A DNA stretch of 64,000 bases from Alphaproteobacteria bacterium (GCA_963422645.2 CAXXVO010000014.1:64001-128000); one strand, 5' to 3'. Positions 35,465 to 45,049 are shown, counted from the stretch's first letter. Program-made: numbers and translations. The notes: generated from the sequence alone by a model not told the origin.

Positions 35465-36970
35465 ATGAGCAATCCCGAGTCGCCGCGCGGCCCTTCGACG
35501 GGAGCAGCGCCCGAAACGCCCGCGCAGAAGATCGCCCGCCTGGAGGAGGAGAACGCCCGGCTTCGGGAGGAAAATGCCTGGCTTCGGCAGCAGAACGCGC
35601 GGCTGGAAGAGCAAGTCGCGCGTCTCGTCGAGCGCATCGAGGAGTTGGAGCGCCGTCTCGGCCTCAACAGCGGCAACAGCGTCAAGCCGCCTTCGAGCGA
35701 TGGGCTGAGGAAGCCGAATTCGAAGCGGCGAACCCGAAGCCTGCGCGGCAAATCGGGCCGCAAGCCCGGTGGCCAGCCCGGCCACAAGGGCAAGACGCTG
35801 CGCCGCGCCGATCACCCGGATCGGGTGAAGGATCACGTCCCGGCTTCCTGCAAGGGATGCGGTTCGCCGCTTTCGGACGCGGCCAGGGCGGGAACGCCCG
35901 TCGCCCGCCAGGTGTTCGATCTGCCCGAGCCGAGCCCCCTGGAGGTGACCGAGCACCGGGCGCATGCCAAGTGCTGCGGGCATTGCGGGACGGTGACCCG
36001 GGCGGCGTTCCCCGACGGGGTGTCGGCGCCGGTGCAGTACGGCCCGCGCATTGCCGGGGTGGCGGTCTACCTTCAGCACGCTCACTTCCTGCCGGAGGAT
36101 CGGCTGTCGCAGGTGATGGCCGAGCTCTTCGGCGCGCCGGTGACGGCTGCGACGTTGGCGACGATGAGCGAGAGGGCGGCCGAGCGGCTGCGGGACGCGG
36201 CCTTGCACATACAGGACCTGGCGGCGGGCACGGCGCGGGTGAAACACATGGACGAGACCGGCTTGCGGATCGGCGGTCAGACGCAGTGGCTTCATGTGAT
36301 CTGCACGCCGCTGCTGGCGGCGTACCGGGTCAGCGGCAAGCGCGGCGCCCTGCTCTCGGGTGTCTCCGGCATCGTCGTGCACGATCACTGGAAGCCGTAC
36401 TTCGCGATGGAAGGGGTGGAGCACGGCCTGTGCAACGCCCATCACCTGCGGGAGTTGCAGGCGCTGGTGGACATCGAAGGGGAGGCTTGGGCCCGGCGGA
36501 TGCAGCAGCTCCTGCGCCGAGCCAATCGCGCCGCCCGCATCGCGCTGGACAAGGATATCGCCGTTCCGGCGAGGCTTGTGGCGCTGATCGAGCGCCGATA
36601 CGACGAGATCATCGCCGATGCGCTGGCCTTTCACGAGAGCCAACCACCGTTCTCGCCTGGCAAGAGGAAGAAGCGCCGGAAGCGAAGGATCGGTCACAAT
36701 CTGGCCTTGAGGCTGCGCGACCACAAATGCGCGGTGCTCCGGTTCCTGATCGACCTCGAGGTCGGGTTCACGAACAACGAGGCCGAGCGCGACCTTCGGA
36801 TGATGAAGCTGCGCCAGAAGATCTCCGGGGGCTTCCGGTCCGCGCAGGGGGCCGAGAACTTCGCCATCCTGCGCAGCGTCATCACCACCGCCAGAAAGCA
36901 GGGCTGGAATATCATCGAAGCCCTGACCAGCCCATCGGATCGGCTCATCGCCACCGTCAAGTGCGCGTAA
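35465..36970 (+). CDS. IS66 family transposase
   Basis: NSGNSVKPPSSDG, GGQPGHKG, HMDETG, CNAHHLREL, FTNNEAERDLRMMK.RQKISGGFRS. Confidence 0.96.
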   Translation: MSNPESPRGPSTGAAPETPAQKIARLEEENARLREENAWLRQQNARLEEQVARLVERIEELERRLGLNSGNSVKPPSSDGLRKPNSKRRTRSLRGKSGRKPGGQPGHKGKTLRRADHPDRVKDHVPASCKGCGSPLSDAARAGTPVARQVFDLPEPSPLEVTEHRAHAKCCGHCGTVTRAAFPDGVSAPVQYGPRIAGVAVYLQHAHFLPEDRLSQVMAELFGAPVTAATLATMSERAAERLRDAALHIQDLAAGTARVKHMDETGLRIGGQTQWLHVICTPLLAAYRVSGKRGALLSGVSGIVVHDHWKPYFAMEGVEHGLCNAHHLRELQALVDIEGEAWARRMQQLLRRANRAARIALDKDIAVPARLVALIERRYDEIIADALAFHESQPPFSPGKRKKRRKRRIGHNLALRLRDHKCAVLRFLIDLEVGFTNNEAERDLRMMKLRQKISGGFRSAQGAENFAILRSVITTARKQGWNIIEALTSPSDRLIATVKCA

Positions 36971-37207
36971 GCTCACCTGGCACGGGTTCTCCAACAGCGG
37001 AGCCATTCTCATAAACGATCATGGTCGACGCCGTGCTGGACCACCCCATAGAATGAAAATCGGTGCCCGTCGCGCGGGCGGACTTCGGGCCACATCGGGG
37101 TAGCTTACCGGTCGCAGTCCGCAAGAGGGGCATCGTGAGCTGTGAAACCCGGCGACCACAGAGGAGCACACGGGCGTCGCGTGGGTAGCGTTGTGCCGAA
37201 TCCCAGA

Positions 37208-37269
37208 GAATTTTCACAGCAAGAACCTGGGCAGTTACGAATTTTCACAGCAAGAACCTGGGCAGTTAC
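37208..37269. repeat. Perfect 2 x 31-bp tandem repeat of the IS right terminus
   Basis: GAATTTTCACAGCAAGAACCTGGGCAGTTAC at 37208-37238 and 37239-37269. Confidence 0.95.
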
Positions 37270-37327
37270 AATGATTGAACCGCCCGAGACTTGCCGCCAT
37301 CGCCCCGCCGCGCTATGAGGCCGGACG

Positions 37328-37615
37328 ATGGACGTGCGCATCTACAGGCCGGCGAAAACGGCCACCCAGTCGGGCCGGGCGAAGATCAACCGCTGGGTGC
37401 TTGAGCACGCGCCGCGCGGCCACCGCTCGGTGGACAGCCTGATGGGCTGGACCGGCTCCGACGACACCACGCAGCAGGTCAAGCTGAGCTTCGCGACCAA
37501 GCAGCAGGCAATCGCCTACGCCAAGCGCAAGGGCCTCGCCTACGTCGTGGAGGAGCCGCAGTCGCGCCCCACCCGGCCCAAGTCCTACGCCGACAACTTC
37601 ATCCGCAAGACCTGA
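37328..37615 (+). CDS. ETC complex I accessory subunit (NDUFS4-like)
   Basis: RIYRPAKTATQSG, LMGWTGSDDT, KSYADNF. Confidence 0.92.
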   Translation: MDVRIYRPAKTATQSGRAKINRWVLEHAPRGHRSVDSLMGWTGSDDTTQQVKLSFATKQQAIAYAKRKGLAYVVEEPQSRPTRPKSYADNFIRKT

Positions 37616-37625
37616 GGCAGCGTCC

Positions 37626-37810
37626 TCAGGTCTGAACGCGACTGGCCTGCGACGATAAGGCAGGCCACACGGCGAGTCCCATGTTTGGAAAAGGCCGTAT
37701 CTCTACCATTGCTCATTGCCCTGTGGTTCGCCGGTGTCTTGCTCGGGATGCAAGTTGTCGTCGGTAACGCGGCTCAACAAGTCGGCGAGGTCGTAGGGCC
37801 TCTTGCGCAT
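37626..37810 (-). pseudogene. Decayed mazEF-like toxin-antitoxin remnant
   Basis: 37703-37810 encodes YDLADLLSRVTDDNLHPEQDTGEPQGNEQW (MazE C-terminus-like); overlapping ATG 37709 reads MVEIRPFPNMGLAVW.. (weakly MazF N-terminus-like) and stops after 27 codons. Confidence 0.55.
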
Positions 37811-37908
37811 CTCTGAGAAATCGCTCTGCGAAGCCGTCTCGACAGCCGCACTTTCAGAAGCGCTCGACTGGTCGGAAGTTTCCTCGGGGATGTGCACGGT
37901 CGGGCCAC

Positions 37909-38826
37909 TCACCCCGCGAATCGCGGCTCGGGGATCCCTCTGATGCCGAGGCCGGTGACTGCAAACAGGCCGCCCGCGAGGAACTGCGGCTTGGCCTCCA
38001 CCGCGAACATGTCGTGCACCGCCGGGTGCTGCACGCGGGCCATGGAGGTGACGTAGAGCACGTCGAGGTCGTCGCCGCCGAACATGACGCTGGTGACGTT
38101 CTTCACCGGCATCCCGATGCGGCGCTCGACCGAGCCGTCCGGCGCGTAGCGCACCATCTCGCCGCCGATCACTTGCGCGTTCCAAAGGCAGCCCTCCTCG
38201 TCCACGGTCGAGCCGTCTGCGACGCCGGCATCGTCCTTGGTCGAGGCGAAGACCCGCTTGTTGGCGAGCGTGCCCGTCTCGATGTCGTAGTCGTAGGCCC
38301 AAAACTCATCCTGGAAGCTGTCGGCGAGGTAGAAGGTCTTGTCGTCCGGGCTCCAGCACGGGCCGTTGGTGCAGATGATGCCGTCGTCCACCTTGGTGAC
38401 GGAGAGGTCGGGATCGAGCCGCCACAGGCCGCAGATGGTGAGCTCCTCCTTGTCGTCCATGCCGCCCGCGAAGAAGCGCCCGCGCCGGTCGCACTTGCCG
38501 TCGTTGAGCCGGGTGCGCGGCTGTTCGGCATCGACCTTGGTAATCAGTTCCATCTCTGCCTTGTCGTAGTCGAAGAAGTAGAAGCCGTCGTCGAGCGCCA
38601 TCACCGCGCCGCCGCCGGCACGGAGCGCCATCGCGCCGACATCGTGCTCGCCGAGGGTCCAGTTCTCGACCTTGCCGCTCTCGGGGTCCATGCGCCAGAG
38701 CTCGGGCTTGCCGACCCGGCGCCCGGTGCCGTCCACCCAGTAGAGCCGGCCTTCGTCGACGTCCCACACCGGGCCTTCGCCCAGATGGTTCCCGCAGTCG
38801 AGGATGCACTCGATCTTGATGCTCAT
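37909..38826 (-). CDS. SMP-30/gluconolactonase/LRE family protein
   Basis: LGEGPVW, LYWVD, RLNDGKCDRRGRF, NGPCWSPD, DGSTVDEEG, FGG.DLDVLYVTS. Confidence 0.95.
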   Translation of the reverse strand: MSIKIECILDCGNHLGEGPVWDVDEGRLYWVDGTGRRVGKPELWRMDPESGKVENWTLGEHDVGAMALRAGGGAVMALDDGFYFFDYDKAEMELITKVDAEQPRTRLNDGKCDRRGRFFAGGMDDKEELTICGLWRLDPDLSVTKVDDGIICTNGPCWSPDDKTFYLADSFQDEFWAYDYDIETGTLANKRVFASTKDDAGVADGSTVDEEGCLWNAQVIGGEMVRYAPDGSVERRIGMPVKNVTSVMFGGDDLDVLYVTSMARVQHPAVHDMFAVEAKPQFLAGGLFAVTGLGIRGIPEPRFAG

Positions 38827-38936
38827 GCGTGTCACCCCTTTGTTTGCCGGATGGTGGCGGCGGTGGGCGTCGCGTGCAAGACCGCGCACATTGTCAGCGG
38901 GCGGTGCGGCGGCTAAGAGGGAGCAGGGAGGATCAC

Positions 38937-39623
38937 ATGACCGCTCACGACATCGATCTCGCGGCGCTCGGCCGCTACGATACGGCTACCATCTGCAACG
39001 CGCTCCTGGCGATCGCGCCGGGGGCCGCGGGGCGCTCGACCAAGATAACGCTTCACTGTGCGCGGCCCGACCTGCCGCCCATGGTGGGCTTCGCGCGCAC
39101 AACGCTCTACCGCACGCAGGAGCCCGGCGCCCTCGACGCCGAGGCCGAGAAGGCGCAGGACCTCGCCTGGTTCGACTACGTCGCCGCCGGGCCCGAGCCC
39201 CGCATCGTCGTGGTGCAGGACGGCGACACGCCCCACGCCGCCAGCAACGCGATCTTCGGCGAGGTCATGAGCTTCATGCACAGCGTGCTCGGCTGCATCG
39301 GCCTCCTCACCAACGGCGCCGTCCGCGACGTGGCCGGCATGGCCGAGGGCTTCCAGGTGCTTTGCGGCGGCATCGCGCCCAACCGCGCCGGCTTTCACCG
39401 GGTCGACTTCGACTGCGAGATCAACGTCGCGGGGCTCTATGCGCGCACCGACACCCTCATCCATGCCGACGTCAACGGCGCCGTCGTCGTCCCGCTCGAG
39501 CTGGTGCCGGAGATCCTGGAGGCAGCGGCCGCGGTCACCAAGAAGGAGCAGAAGATCATCGACTTCTGCCGCGACCCCGGTGTCACGGCCGAGAGCTTCA
39601 AGCGCTTCTGGCGCGAGGGCTGA
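38937..39623 (+). CDS. RraA/HMG-aldolase family protein
   Basis: DTATICNAL, PMVGFART, FGEVM, TNGAVRD, IHADVNGAVVVP. Confidence 0.9.
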   Translation: MTAHDIDLAALGRYDTATICNALLAIAPGAAGRSTKITLHCARPDLPPMVGFARTTLYRTQEPGALDAEAEKAQDLAWFDYVAAGPEPRIVVVQDGDTPHAASNAIFGEVMSFMHSVLGCIGLLTNGAVRDVAGMAEGFQVLCGGIAPNRAGFHRVDFDCEINVAGLYARTDTLIHADVNGAVVVPLELVPEILEAAAAVTKKEQKIIDFCRDPGVTAESFKRFWREG

Positions 39624-39629
39624 ACGCCG

Positions 39630-40370
39630 GTGCGCATCCTTCTGCTCCAGAACCACGAGAGCTCCGGACCGGGTTACCTGGAAGAGCCGGCGGCCCGCCG
39701 CGGCGCGCGCTTCGAGGCCTGCATGCCGCACCTCAATGCCGACCACCGCCTGCCCGAGGACGACGCCGGCTACGACGGCTTCCTCCTCATGGGAGGCGCG
39801 ATGCACGCGGGCCACGTGGAGGAGCATCCCTGGCTCGAGGATGCAGCGGCGCTGGTGCGGTGCTTCACCGAGGCGGAGAAGCCGGTGCTCGGCGTCTGTC
39901 TCGGCTCGCAGATCGTCGCCCGCGCCTTCGGCGGGCGCTGCTACGACATGGCGGTGCCCGAGGTGGGCTTCGTACCGGTCCGGCTGACGGTGGCGGCGGA
40001 GACCGATCCGCTGCTCGGCCAGTCCTTCGACAATCCCGTCCACCTCGCCGAATTCCACAGCCAGACCTTCGATCTGCCCGAGGGCGCGACCCGGCTCATG
40101 GTCGGCGACGCGGTGCCCAACCAGGCCTTCCGCATCGGAGCCGCGACCTATTCATTCCAGCCCCACTTCGAGGTGACGCCCCAGATGATGACGTACTGGG
40201 TCTCGATCTCCGACGAGGTCGTGCCCAAGTACGCACCGACCCTGCCCGAGGCGCTGCCGCACCAGCTGCACCTCCACCACCACGCCTCCCACGATTTCTG
40301 CTACCGCGTAGGCGACGCCTGGCTCGACCTTGTCGCGGCGCGGGCGAGGCGGGAAGGGGAGGACGGTTGA
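39630..40370 (+). CDS. Class I glutamine amidotransferase-like protein
   Basis: LMGG, LGVCLGSQ (Cys), EVG, FQPHFE (His-x-Glu). Confidence 0.92.
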   Translation: MRILLLQNHESSGPGYLEEPAARRGARFEACMPHLNADHRLPEDDAGYDGFLLMGGAMHAGHVEEHPWLEDAAALVRCFTEAEKPVLGVCLGSQIVARAFGGRCYDMAVPEVGFVPVRLTVAAETDPLLGQSFDNPVHLAEFHSQTFDLPEGATRLMVGDAVPNQAFRIGAATYSFQPHFEVTPQMMTYWVSISDEVVPKYAPTLPEALPHQLHLHHHASHDFCYRVGDAWLDLVAARARREGEDG

Positions 40371-40388
40371 CGGCGGTGATCGCTACGG
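40104..40388. repeat. Copy 1 of a ~270-bp direct repeat (GATase 3' end) plus degenerate tRNA-Glu 3' end
   Basis: 40104-40372 matches 41833-42101 with about 8 substitutions; 40374-40388 CGGTGATCGCTACGG vs TGGTGACCCCTACGG of the tRNA (12/15). Confidence 0.9.
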
Positions 40389-40433
40389 TTTGAGTGGGCG
40401 CGCAGCTTCTCCGACCCAGCCTGTCCCACACGT

Positions 40434-40528
40434 CGTCATGCCCGGACTCGTTCCGGGCATCTTTCTCAGCCAGGCCCGCCTTCCGTCATGCAAACGCGTG
40501 GATGGCCGCAACAAGTGCGGCCATGACG
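40434..40528. repeat. REP/RIME-like double-hairpin palindromic element
   Basis: CGTCATGCCCGGACTCGTTCCGGGCATC...GATGGCCGCAACAAGTGCGGCCATGACG: two hairpins inside CGTCATG/CATGACG ends. Confidence 0.75.
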
Positions 40529-40690
40529 TGTTGGGGGCGCTGTGCAAATGGACAGAAACTTCTCGAACGGGACATTAGGCCGCGTCAACGCGTTCGATCT
40601 GTATCGTCTGCTCGAGGTGGCGGGACCGCGCGAGACTAAGGTGGGCCTTGGGATCGGCCAGTTTCAGGCGGCCGACTTGCCCCCCGCCGG

Positions 40691-41635
40691 TCATGCGTCC
40701 TCCCCGGAATTCACGTGGGCGAGTGTCGCAGCCCCGAGGTCCGCGAGCGCGGAACCGGTGGACTTGAAGAACGTGATTTTCTGTTCGTCGCCGCAGCCGG
40801 CCGCAGTTCGTTGGCAGAGGCCGGACAGGTCGCCGGCGATCTGCTCCTCCGTTAGCGCGCCGGACCGGATCGGCCCAATGAGGTCGCCGCTCTCTTTCAG
40901 GGCTCCCTTCGTATCGATATAGACGCGCGCGCGGCTCACCGCCGCGTCGTCGGCCTCTCGCATGTGGGGCCTGAAGCTGCCGATCAGGTCGAGATGCTGT
41001 CCTGGCCTGAGCCACGCGCCCGCGATCAGCGGATCGATTGCCAGCGTCGCGCAACTGATGATGTCGGCGGCCGCCACCGCAGCCTTGAGGTCCGTCGAAG
41101 CCGCGGCGCGAAACCCCGCGTCGTTCAGCCTTCGCGCCAGCTTTTCGGCGTTCTCCGCGTTGATGTTCCAGACCGCGACGTCCTCGATCGGACGCACCGC
41201 CCGAAACGCATCCGCCAGGTTGCCGGCGACCCGCCCCGCCCCAACCACCAGGAGCCGCCGCGCATCCGCGGGCGCCAGGTAGCTTGCTGCCAGCGCCGCG
41301 GTGGCTGCTGTGCGCCGGTCGGTAAGTTCACCACCGTCCAGCATCGCCAGGTGCCGCCCGGTCTTCGCATCGAAGAGAAGATAGGAAGAGGACACCGAGG
41401 GCATTCCGGCGGCCGCGTTACCCGGATTGACGTTCACAATCTTGACCCCGCCCAGGCCCGCCGGGTTCCACGCGGGCATCAGGAGCAGCGCCGCGTCCGG
41501 CTCCCCGTCGAGCGCGATGGTGTGGTGATGCCGCAAGGGAGCGGCGGCGCCGGATCGGAACATTTTCCGTAGCGCCTCGATCAGCGCATCGAAGGGCAGC
41601 AGGTCTCGGGTCTCTTCGGCACTGAAGACGCGCAT
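40691..41635 (-). CDS. Ornithine cyclodeaminase/mu-crystallin family protein (imine reductase-like)
   Basis: LLLMPAW, GVKIV, LTDRRTAA, VGAGRVA, ADIISCAT, HLDLIGSF, FKSTGSALADL. Confidence 0.94.
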   Translation of the reverse strand: MRVFSAEETRDLLPFDALIEALRKMFRSGAAAPLRHHHTIALDGEPDAALLLMPAWNPAGLGGVKIVNVNPGNAAAGMPSVSSSYLLFDAKTGRHLAMLDGGELTDRRTAATAALAASYLAPADARRLLVVGAGRVAGNLADAFRAVRPIEDVAVWNINAENAEKLARRLNDAGFRAAASTDLKAAVAAADIISCATLAIDPLIAGAWLRPGQHLDLIGSFRPHMREADDAAVSRARVYIDTKGALKESGDLIGPIRSGALTEEQIAGDLSGLCQRTAAGCGDEQKITFFKSTGSALADLGAATLAHVNSGEDA

Positions 41636-41832
41636 GGTTCAGTTCCTCGATTACGTCGCGGGGGAGACGAAGCCCCTCGGGCCGGCGCTCCCCACCGGCC
41701 TCCGCCGCACTGCGGCGGAGGTTACGACCCTGATTTTATGCCACCGTCCTCGTTGGTGCAGAGCGCGTCGCCGGTCCTGAAGGGTGGGTCCACTATGACC
41801 AGGATCGGAATTGCGTCCCAGCTCATCTGACG

Positions 41833-42099
41833 GGCGACGCGGTGCCCAACCAGGCCTTCCGGATCGGGGCCGCGACCTATTCATTCCAGCCCCACTTCGA
41901 GGTGACGCCCGAGATGATGACGCACTGGGTCTCGATCTCCGACGAGGTCGTGCCCAAGTACGCGCCGACCTTGCCCGAGGCGCTGCCGCACCAGCTGCAG
42001 CTCCACCACCACGCCTCCCACGATTTCTGCTACCGCGTAGGCGACGCCTGGCTCGACCTTGTCGCGGCGCGGGCGAAGCGGGAAGGGGAGGACGGTTGA
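41833..42099 (+). pseudogene. Duplicated 3' fragment of the GATase gene (copy 2 of direct repeat)
   Basis: Encodes VPNQAFRIGAATYSFQPHFE...REGEDG*, nearly identical to the C-terminal third of 39630-40370; lacks the N-terminal catalytic Cys region. Confidence 0.9.
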
Positions 42100-42102
42100 C
42101 GA

Positions 42103-42177
42103 TGGTGACCCCTACGGGAATTGAACCCGTGTCTCCACCTTGAAAGAGTGGTGTCCTAACCTCTAGACGAAGGGGTC
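42103..42177 (-). tRNA. tRNA-Glu(TTC)
   Basis: Reverse complement GACCCCTTCGTCTAGAGGTTAGGACACCACTCTTTCAAGGTGGAGACACGGGTTCAATTCCCGTAGGGGTCACCA; acceptor stem GACCCCT/AGGGGTC, T-loop GTTCAATTC, encoded CCA. Confidence 0.96.
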
Positions 42178-42220
42178 GGTGGCTTGGGCCGCGCTATGTA
42201 GCGGGCGTGGCGCCTCAAAA

Positions 42221-44029
42221 TCAAGGGTTTGATGGCGCCGGCGCAGGCGCGCCGTCGTCGATGTGCAGCTCGACGGCGCGGGTGCCCCGGCGGCGGTCTA
42301 GGCGGAGACGGCCTGCCAGGTGGAAGGGGTGCTCCGCGCCCGCGAGCAGCGCGTGGCCCAACGCGTTGTCGGCGGCGCGGAAGGCGATACCCTTGAGTCG
42401 CTTGCCCGAGCGGCCCGCAAGCTGGCAGCGCACGTGGCCGCGGCCCACGATATCGGCGCGCAGCAGCTGGGCGCCGGCGATGGCGAAGCGGGGCTCCGGA
42501 TTGCCGGCGCCGTAGGGGCCGGCCGTCTCCAGCATCTCCAGGAGCTCCGCTGTCGCGCCTTCGACGCCGAGCGCGCCATCGAGGCCGAGGGTCGGAGTCC
42601 GGGCGGCCTCGTCTGCGTCCACGCCCAGGCGGTGGTGCAGGAAATCCTCCAGCGGCGAGAGCTTCGCCCTTTCCACGGTGAAGCCCGCCGCCATCGGATG
42701 GCCGCCGCCATTGACCAGCAGCCCAGCCTGCCGCGCCGCGGTGATCGCGGCGCCGATATCGATGCCCGGCACCGAGCGGCAGGAGGCCTTGCCTATGCCG
42801 TCCGCGCCATCCTCCCAGGCGACGACGACCGCTGGCCGGTTGTAGCGCTCCTTGAGCCGGCTCGCGACGATGCCGATCACCCCGGCATGCCAGCGCTCTT
42901 CATGGGCGAGGACCAGGGGCGCCGACGCCGGCGTGCCGCCACTTGCCGTCTCAACCTGCTCGATGGCCTCCTCCAGCACCGCCTGCTCGATGGCCTGGCG
43001 CTCGCGGTTGAGCGCATCGAGACGCTGCGCGATCTCCCGCGCCTTGTCGTCCTCCTCGGTGGTCAGCAGGCGCGCGCCCAGACTGGCCTCGCCCACCCGG
43101 CCGCCGGCATTGACGCGCGGCCCCAGAATGAAGCCCAGGTGGTACACCCCCGGCGCTTCCTCCAGCCCGGCGACGTCGCCGAGCGCCCTGAGCCCGACGT
43201 TGCGGCGTTGCCGCATCATCGTGAGCCCTTGGCGCACGAAGGCGCGGTTGACTCCGGTGAGCGGCACCACGTCGCAGACTGTGCCGAGCGCCACCAGGTC
43301 GAGCCATTGTAGGAGATCCGGCTCCGCCCGGTCGCGGTACCAGCCTGCCTCGCGCAGGTGGCGGTTGAGCCCCACGACGAGGAGGAACGCCACGCCCACG
43401 GCGGCGAGCTGGCGGTGCGGGCTCGCGTCGTCCAGCCGGTTGGGGTCGATCACGGCGCAGGCCTGGGGCAGCCGCGCCTCGGCCACGTGGTGGTCCACCA
43501 CGATCACGTCGAGGCCCGCGTCGGCGGCGTCATCCAGCGCATCGAAGGCGCTGATTCCGCAATCCACGGTGATGACCACACGCACGTCCTGCGCCGCGAG
43601 TATGCGCATGGCCGTGCCGTTCGGGCCGTAGCCCTCGCGCAGGCGGTCGGGGATGTAGATCGTCGGCGGGTCGGCGACGGCCTCGAGGAAACGGCTGAGG
43701 AGCGCGGCCGAAGTCGCGCCGTCCACGTCGTAGTCGCCGAAGATCGCGATCTTCTCGCCCGCTTCCAGCGCGCGGGCGAGACGTGCGATGGCCTTGTCCA
43801 TGTCCAGCAGGTGGAGCGGGTCGGGCAGGAGGCGGCGCAGCGTCGGGTCGAGATAGTCCGGCGCGTCTTCCGCCGCGATGCCGCGGGCCGCGAGCACGCG
43901 CCCGACCAGCTCCGGCGCCTCGATGGCCTGGGCGAGAGAAAGCCCGGCCATCGAATCGGCAAGGCGCGCGCGCCAGCGCTTGCCGAGCAGCGATCGCTCG
44001 ACCCCGAGCATCGCCGCTCCGTCGCTCAT
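42221..44029 (-). CDS. recJ: ssDNA-specific exonuclease RecJ
   Basis: GDYDVDG, PDRLREGYG, TVDCG, VDHH, ALGTVCDVVPL, GPRVNAGGR, GGGHPMAAG. Confidence 0.97.
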   Translation of the reverse strand: MSDGAAMLGVERSLLGKRWRARLADSMAGLSLAQAIEAPELVGRVLAARGIAAEDAPDYLDPTLRRLLPDPLHLLDMDKAIARLARALEAGEKIAIFGDYDVDGATSAALLSRFLEAVADPPTIYIPDRLREGYGPNGTAMRILAAQDVRVVITVDCGISAFDALDDAADAGLDVIVVDHHVAEARLPQACAVIDPNRLDDASPHRQLAAVGVAFLLVVGLNRHLREAGWYRDRAEPDLLQWLDLVALGTVCDVVPLTGVNRAFVRQGLTMMRQRRNVGLRALGDVAGLEEAPGVYHLGFILGPRVNAGGRVGEASLGARLLTTEEDDKAREIAQRLDALNRERQAIEQAVLEEAIEQVETASGGTPASAPLVLAHEERWHAGVIGIVASRLKERYNRPAVVVAWEDGADGIGKASCRSVPGIDIGAAITAARQAGLLVNGGGHPMAAGFTVERAKLSPLEDFLHHRLGVDADEAARTPTLGLDGALGVEGATAELLEMLETAGPYGAGNPEPRFAIAGAQLLRADIVGRGHVRCQLAGRSGKRLKGIAFRAADNALGHALLAGAEHPFHLAGRLRLDRRRGTRAVELHIDDGAPAPAPSNP

Positions 44030-44050
44030 CGAGTCAGGTGCCGGGGCTAA

Positions 44051-45049
44051 TCACGCGCCGATGCGCTCGGGCGCGCGTGAGAAATCGTGCTCGGCCTCGA
44101 TCATGCGCAGGGTGCCGGTGCGCGAGCGCATGACCACCGAGCTGGTATGTGCACCGTGCGGAACCCGCGAGACACCGCGCAGCATCGCCCCATCGGTAAC
44201 ACCGGTCGCGCAGAACATCACCTCGCCGCCCGCGAGCTCGTGCAGGGTGTACTTGCGGCTCAAGTCGGTGACGCCCATCGCCCGCGCGCGCCGCTTCTCG
44301 TCGTCGTTGCGGAAAACCAATCGACCCATCATCTGGCCGCCGATGCAGCGAAGCGCCGCGGCGGCGAGCACCCCTTCGGGCGCGCCGCCGATCCCCATGT
44401 AGATGTCGACGGTGCGGTTGAGCCGCGTGGTCGCGATCACGCCCGCGACGTCGCCGTCCCTGATCAGCTGGATGCGCGCGCTGGTCTCGCGCACCTTGGC
44501 AATCAGCTCTTCGTGCCTGGGCCGGTCCAGAATCAGGACAGTGAGCTCGTTAACGTCGCAGTGCTTCGCCTTGGCGAGCTTGGCCAGCGTCGTGGCCGGC
44601 GGGTCGTCGAGGTCGACCAGCTCGTCCGGCAGCCCGTCGCCGACCGCGATCTTGTCCATGTAGGTGTCGGGCGCGGCGAGGAAGCCGCCCTTCTCCGCCA
44701 TCGCGAGCACGGCAAGCGCGTTGGGGCCGCCGGTGGCGCAGATGGTGGTGCCTTCGAGCGGGTCGAGCGCGACATCGAGGCTGGGCCCCTTGCCGGTGCC
44801 GACGGTCTCGCCAATGAAGAGCATCGGCGCCTCGTCCCGCTCGCCTTCGCCGATCACGACCGTGCCGTCGATGTCGAGCGCGTTGAGGCCGCGCCGCATG
44901 GCGTCGACCGCGGCTTGATCTGCCGCCATCTCGTCACCGCGGCCGATCAGCCGGGCCGCCGCGCGGGCCGCAGCTTCGGTCACGCGTACCGCGTCTAGCG
45001 CCAGGTTCCGGTCGAGGGAGACGATCTCCTCTGCGCTCTGCTTCCCCAC
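44051..45049 (-). CDS. glpX: Class II fructose-1,6-bisphosphatase
   Basis: RVTEAAA, VIGEGERDEAPML, DPLEGT, LDRPRH, GGAPEGV, ATGVTDG. Confidence 0.97.
   Translation of the reverse strand: MGKQSAEEIVSLDRNLALDAVRVTEAAARAAARLIGRGDEMAADQAAVDAMRRGLNALDIDGTVVIGEGERDEAPMLFIGETVGTGKGPSLDVALDPLEGTTICATGGPNALAVLAMAEKGGFLAAPDTYMDKIAVGDGLPDELVDLDDPPATTLAKLAKAKHCDVNELTVLILDRPRHEELIAKVRETSARIQLIRDGDVAGVIATTRLNRTVDIYMGIGGAPEGVLAAAALRCIGGQMMGRLVFRNDDEKRRARAMGVTDLSRKYTLHELAGGEVMFCATGVTDGAMLRGVSRVPHGAHTSSVVMRSRTGTLRMIEAEHDFSRAPERIGA

Larger units (their letters stand above)
35351..37269 (+). mobile_element. IS66-family element (ISBst12 type) with tandemly duplicated right end
   Basis: Left end GTAACTGCCCAGGT at 35351; ACCTGGGCAGTTAC ends at both 37238 and 37269; 8-bp direct repeat AATGATTG at 35343-35350 and 37270-37277. 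Confidence 0.93.

Noticed and set aside
37208-37269. 31-bp repeat as a mini CRISPR array
   Set aside because: No spacer, only two units, identical to the IS end, and no cas genes
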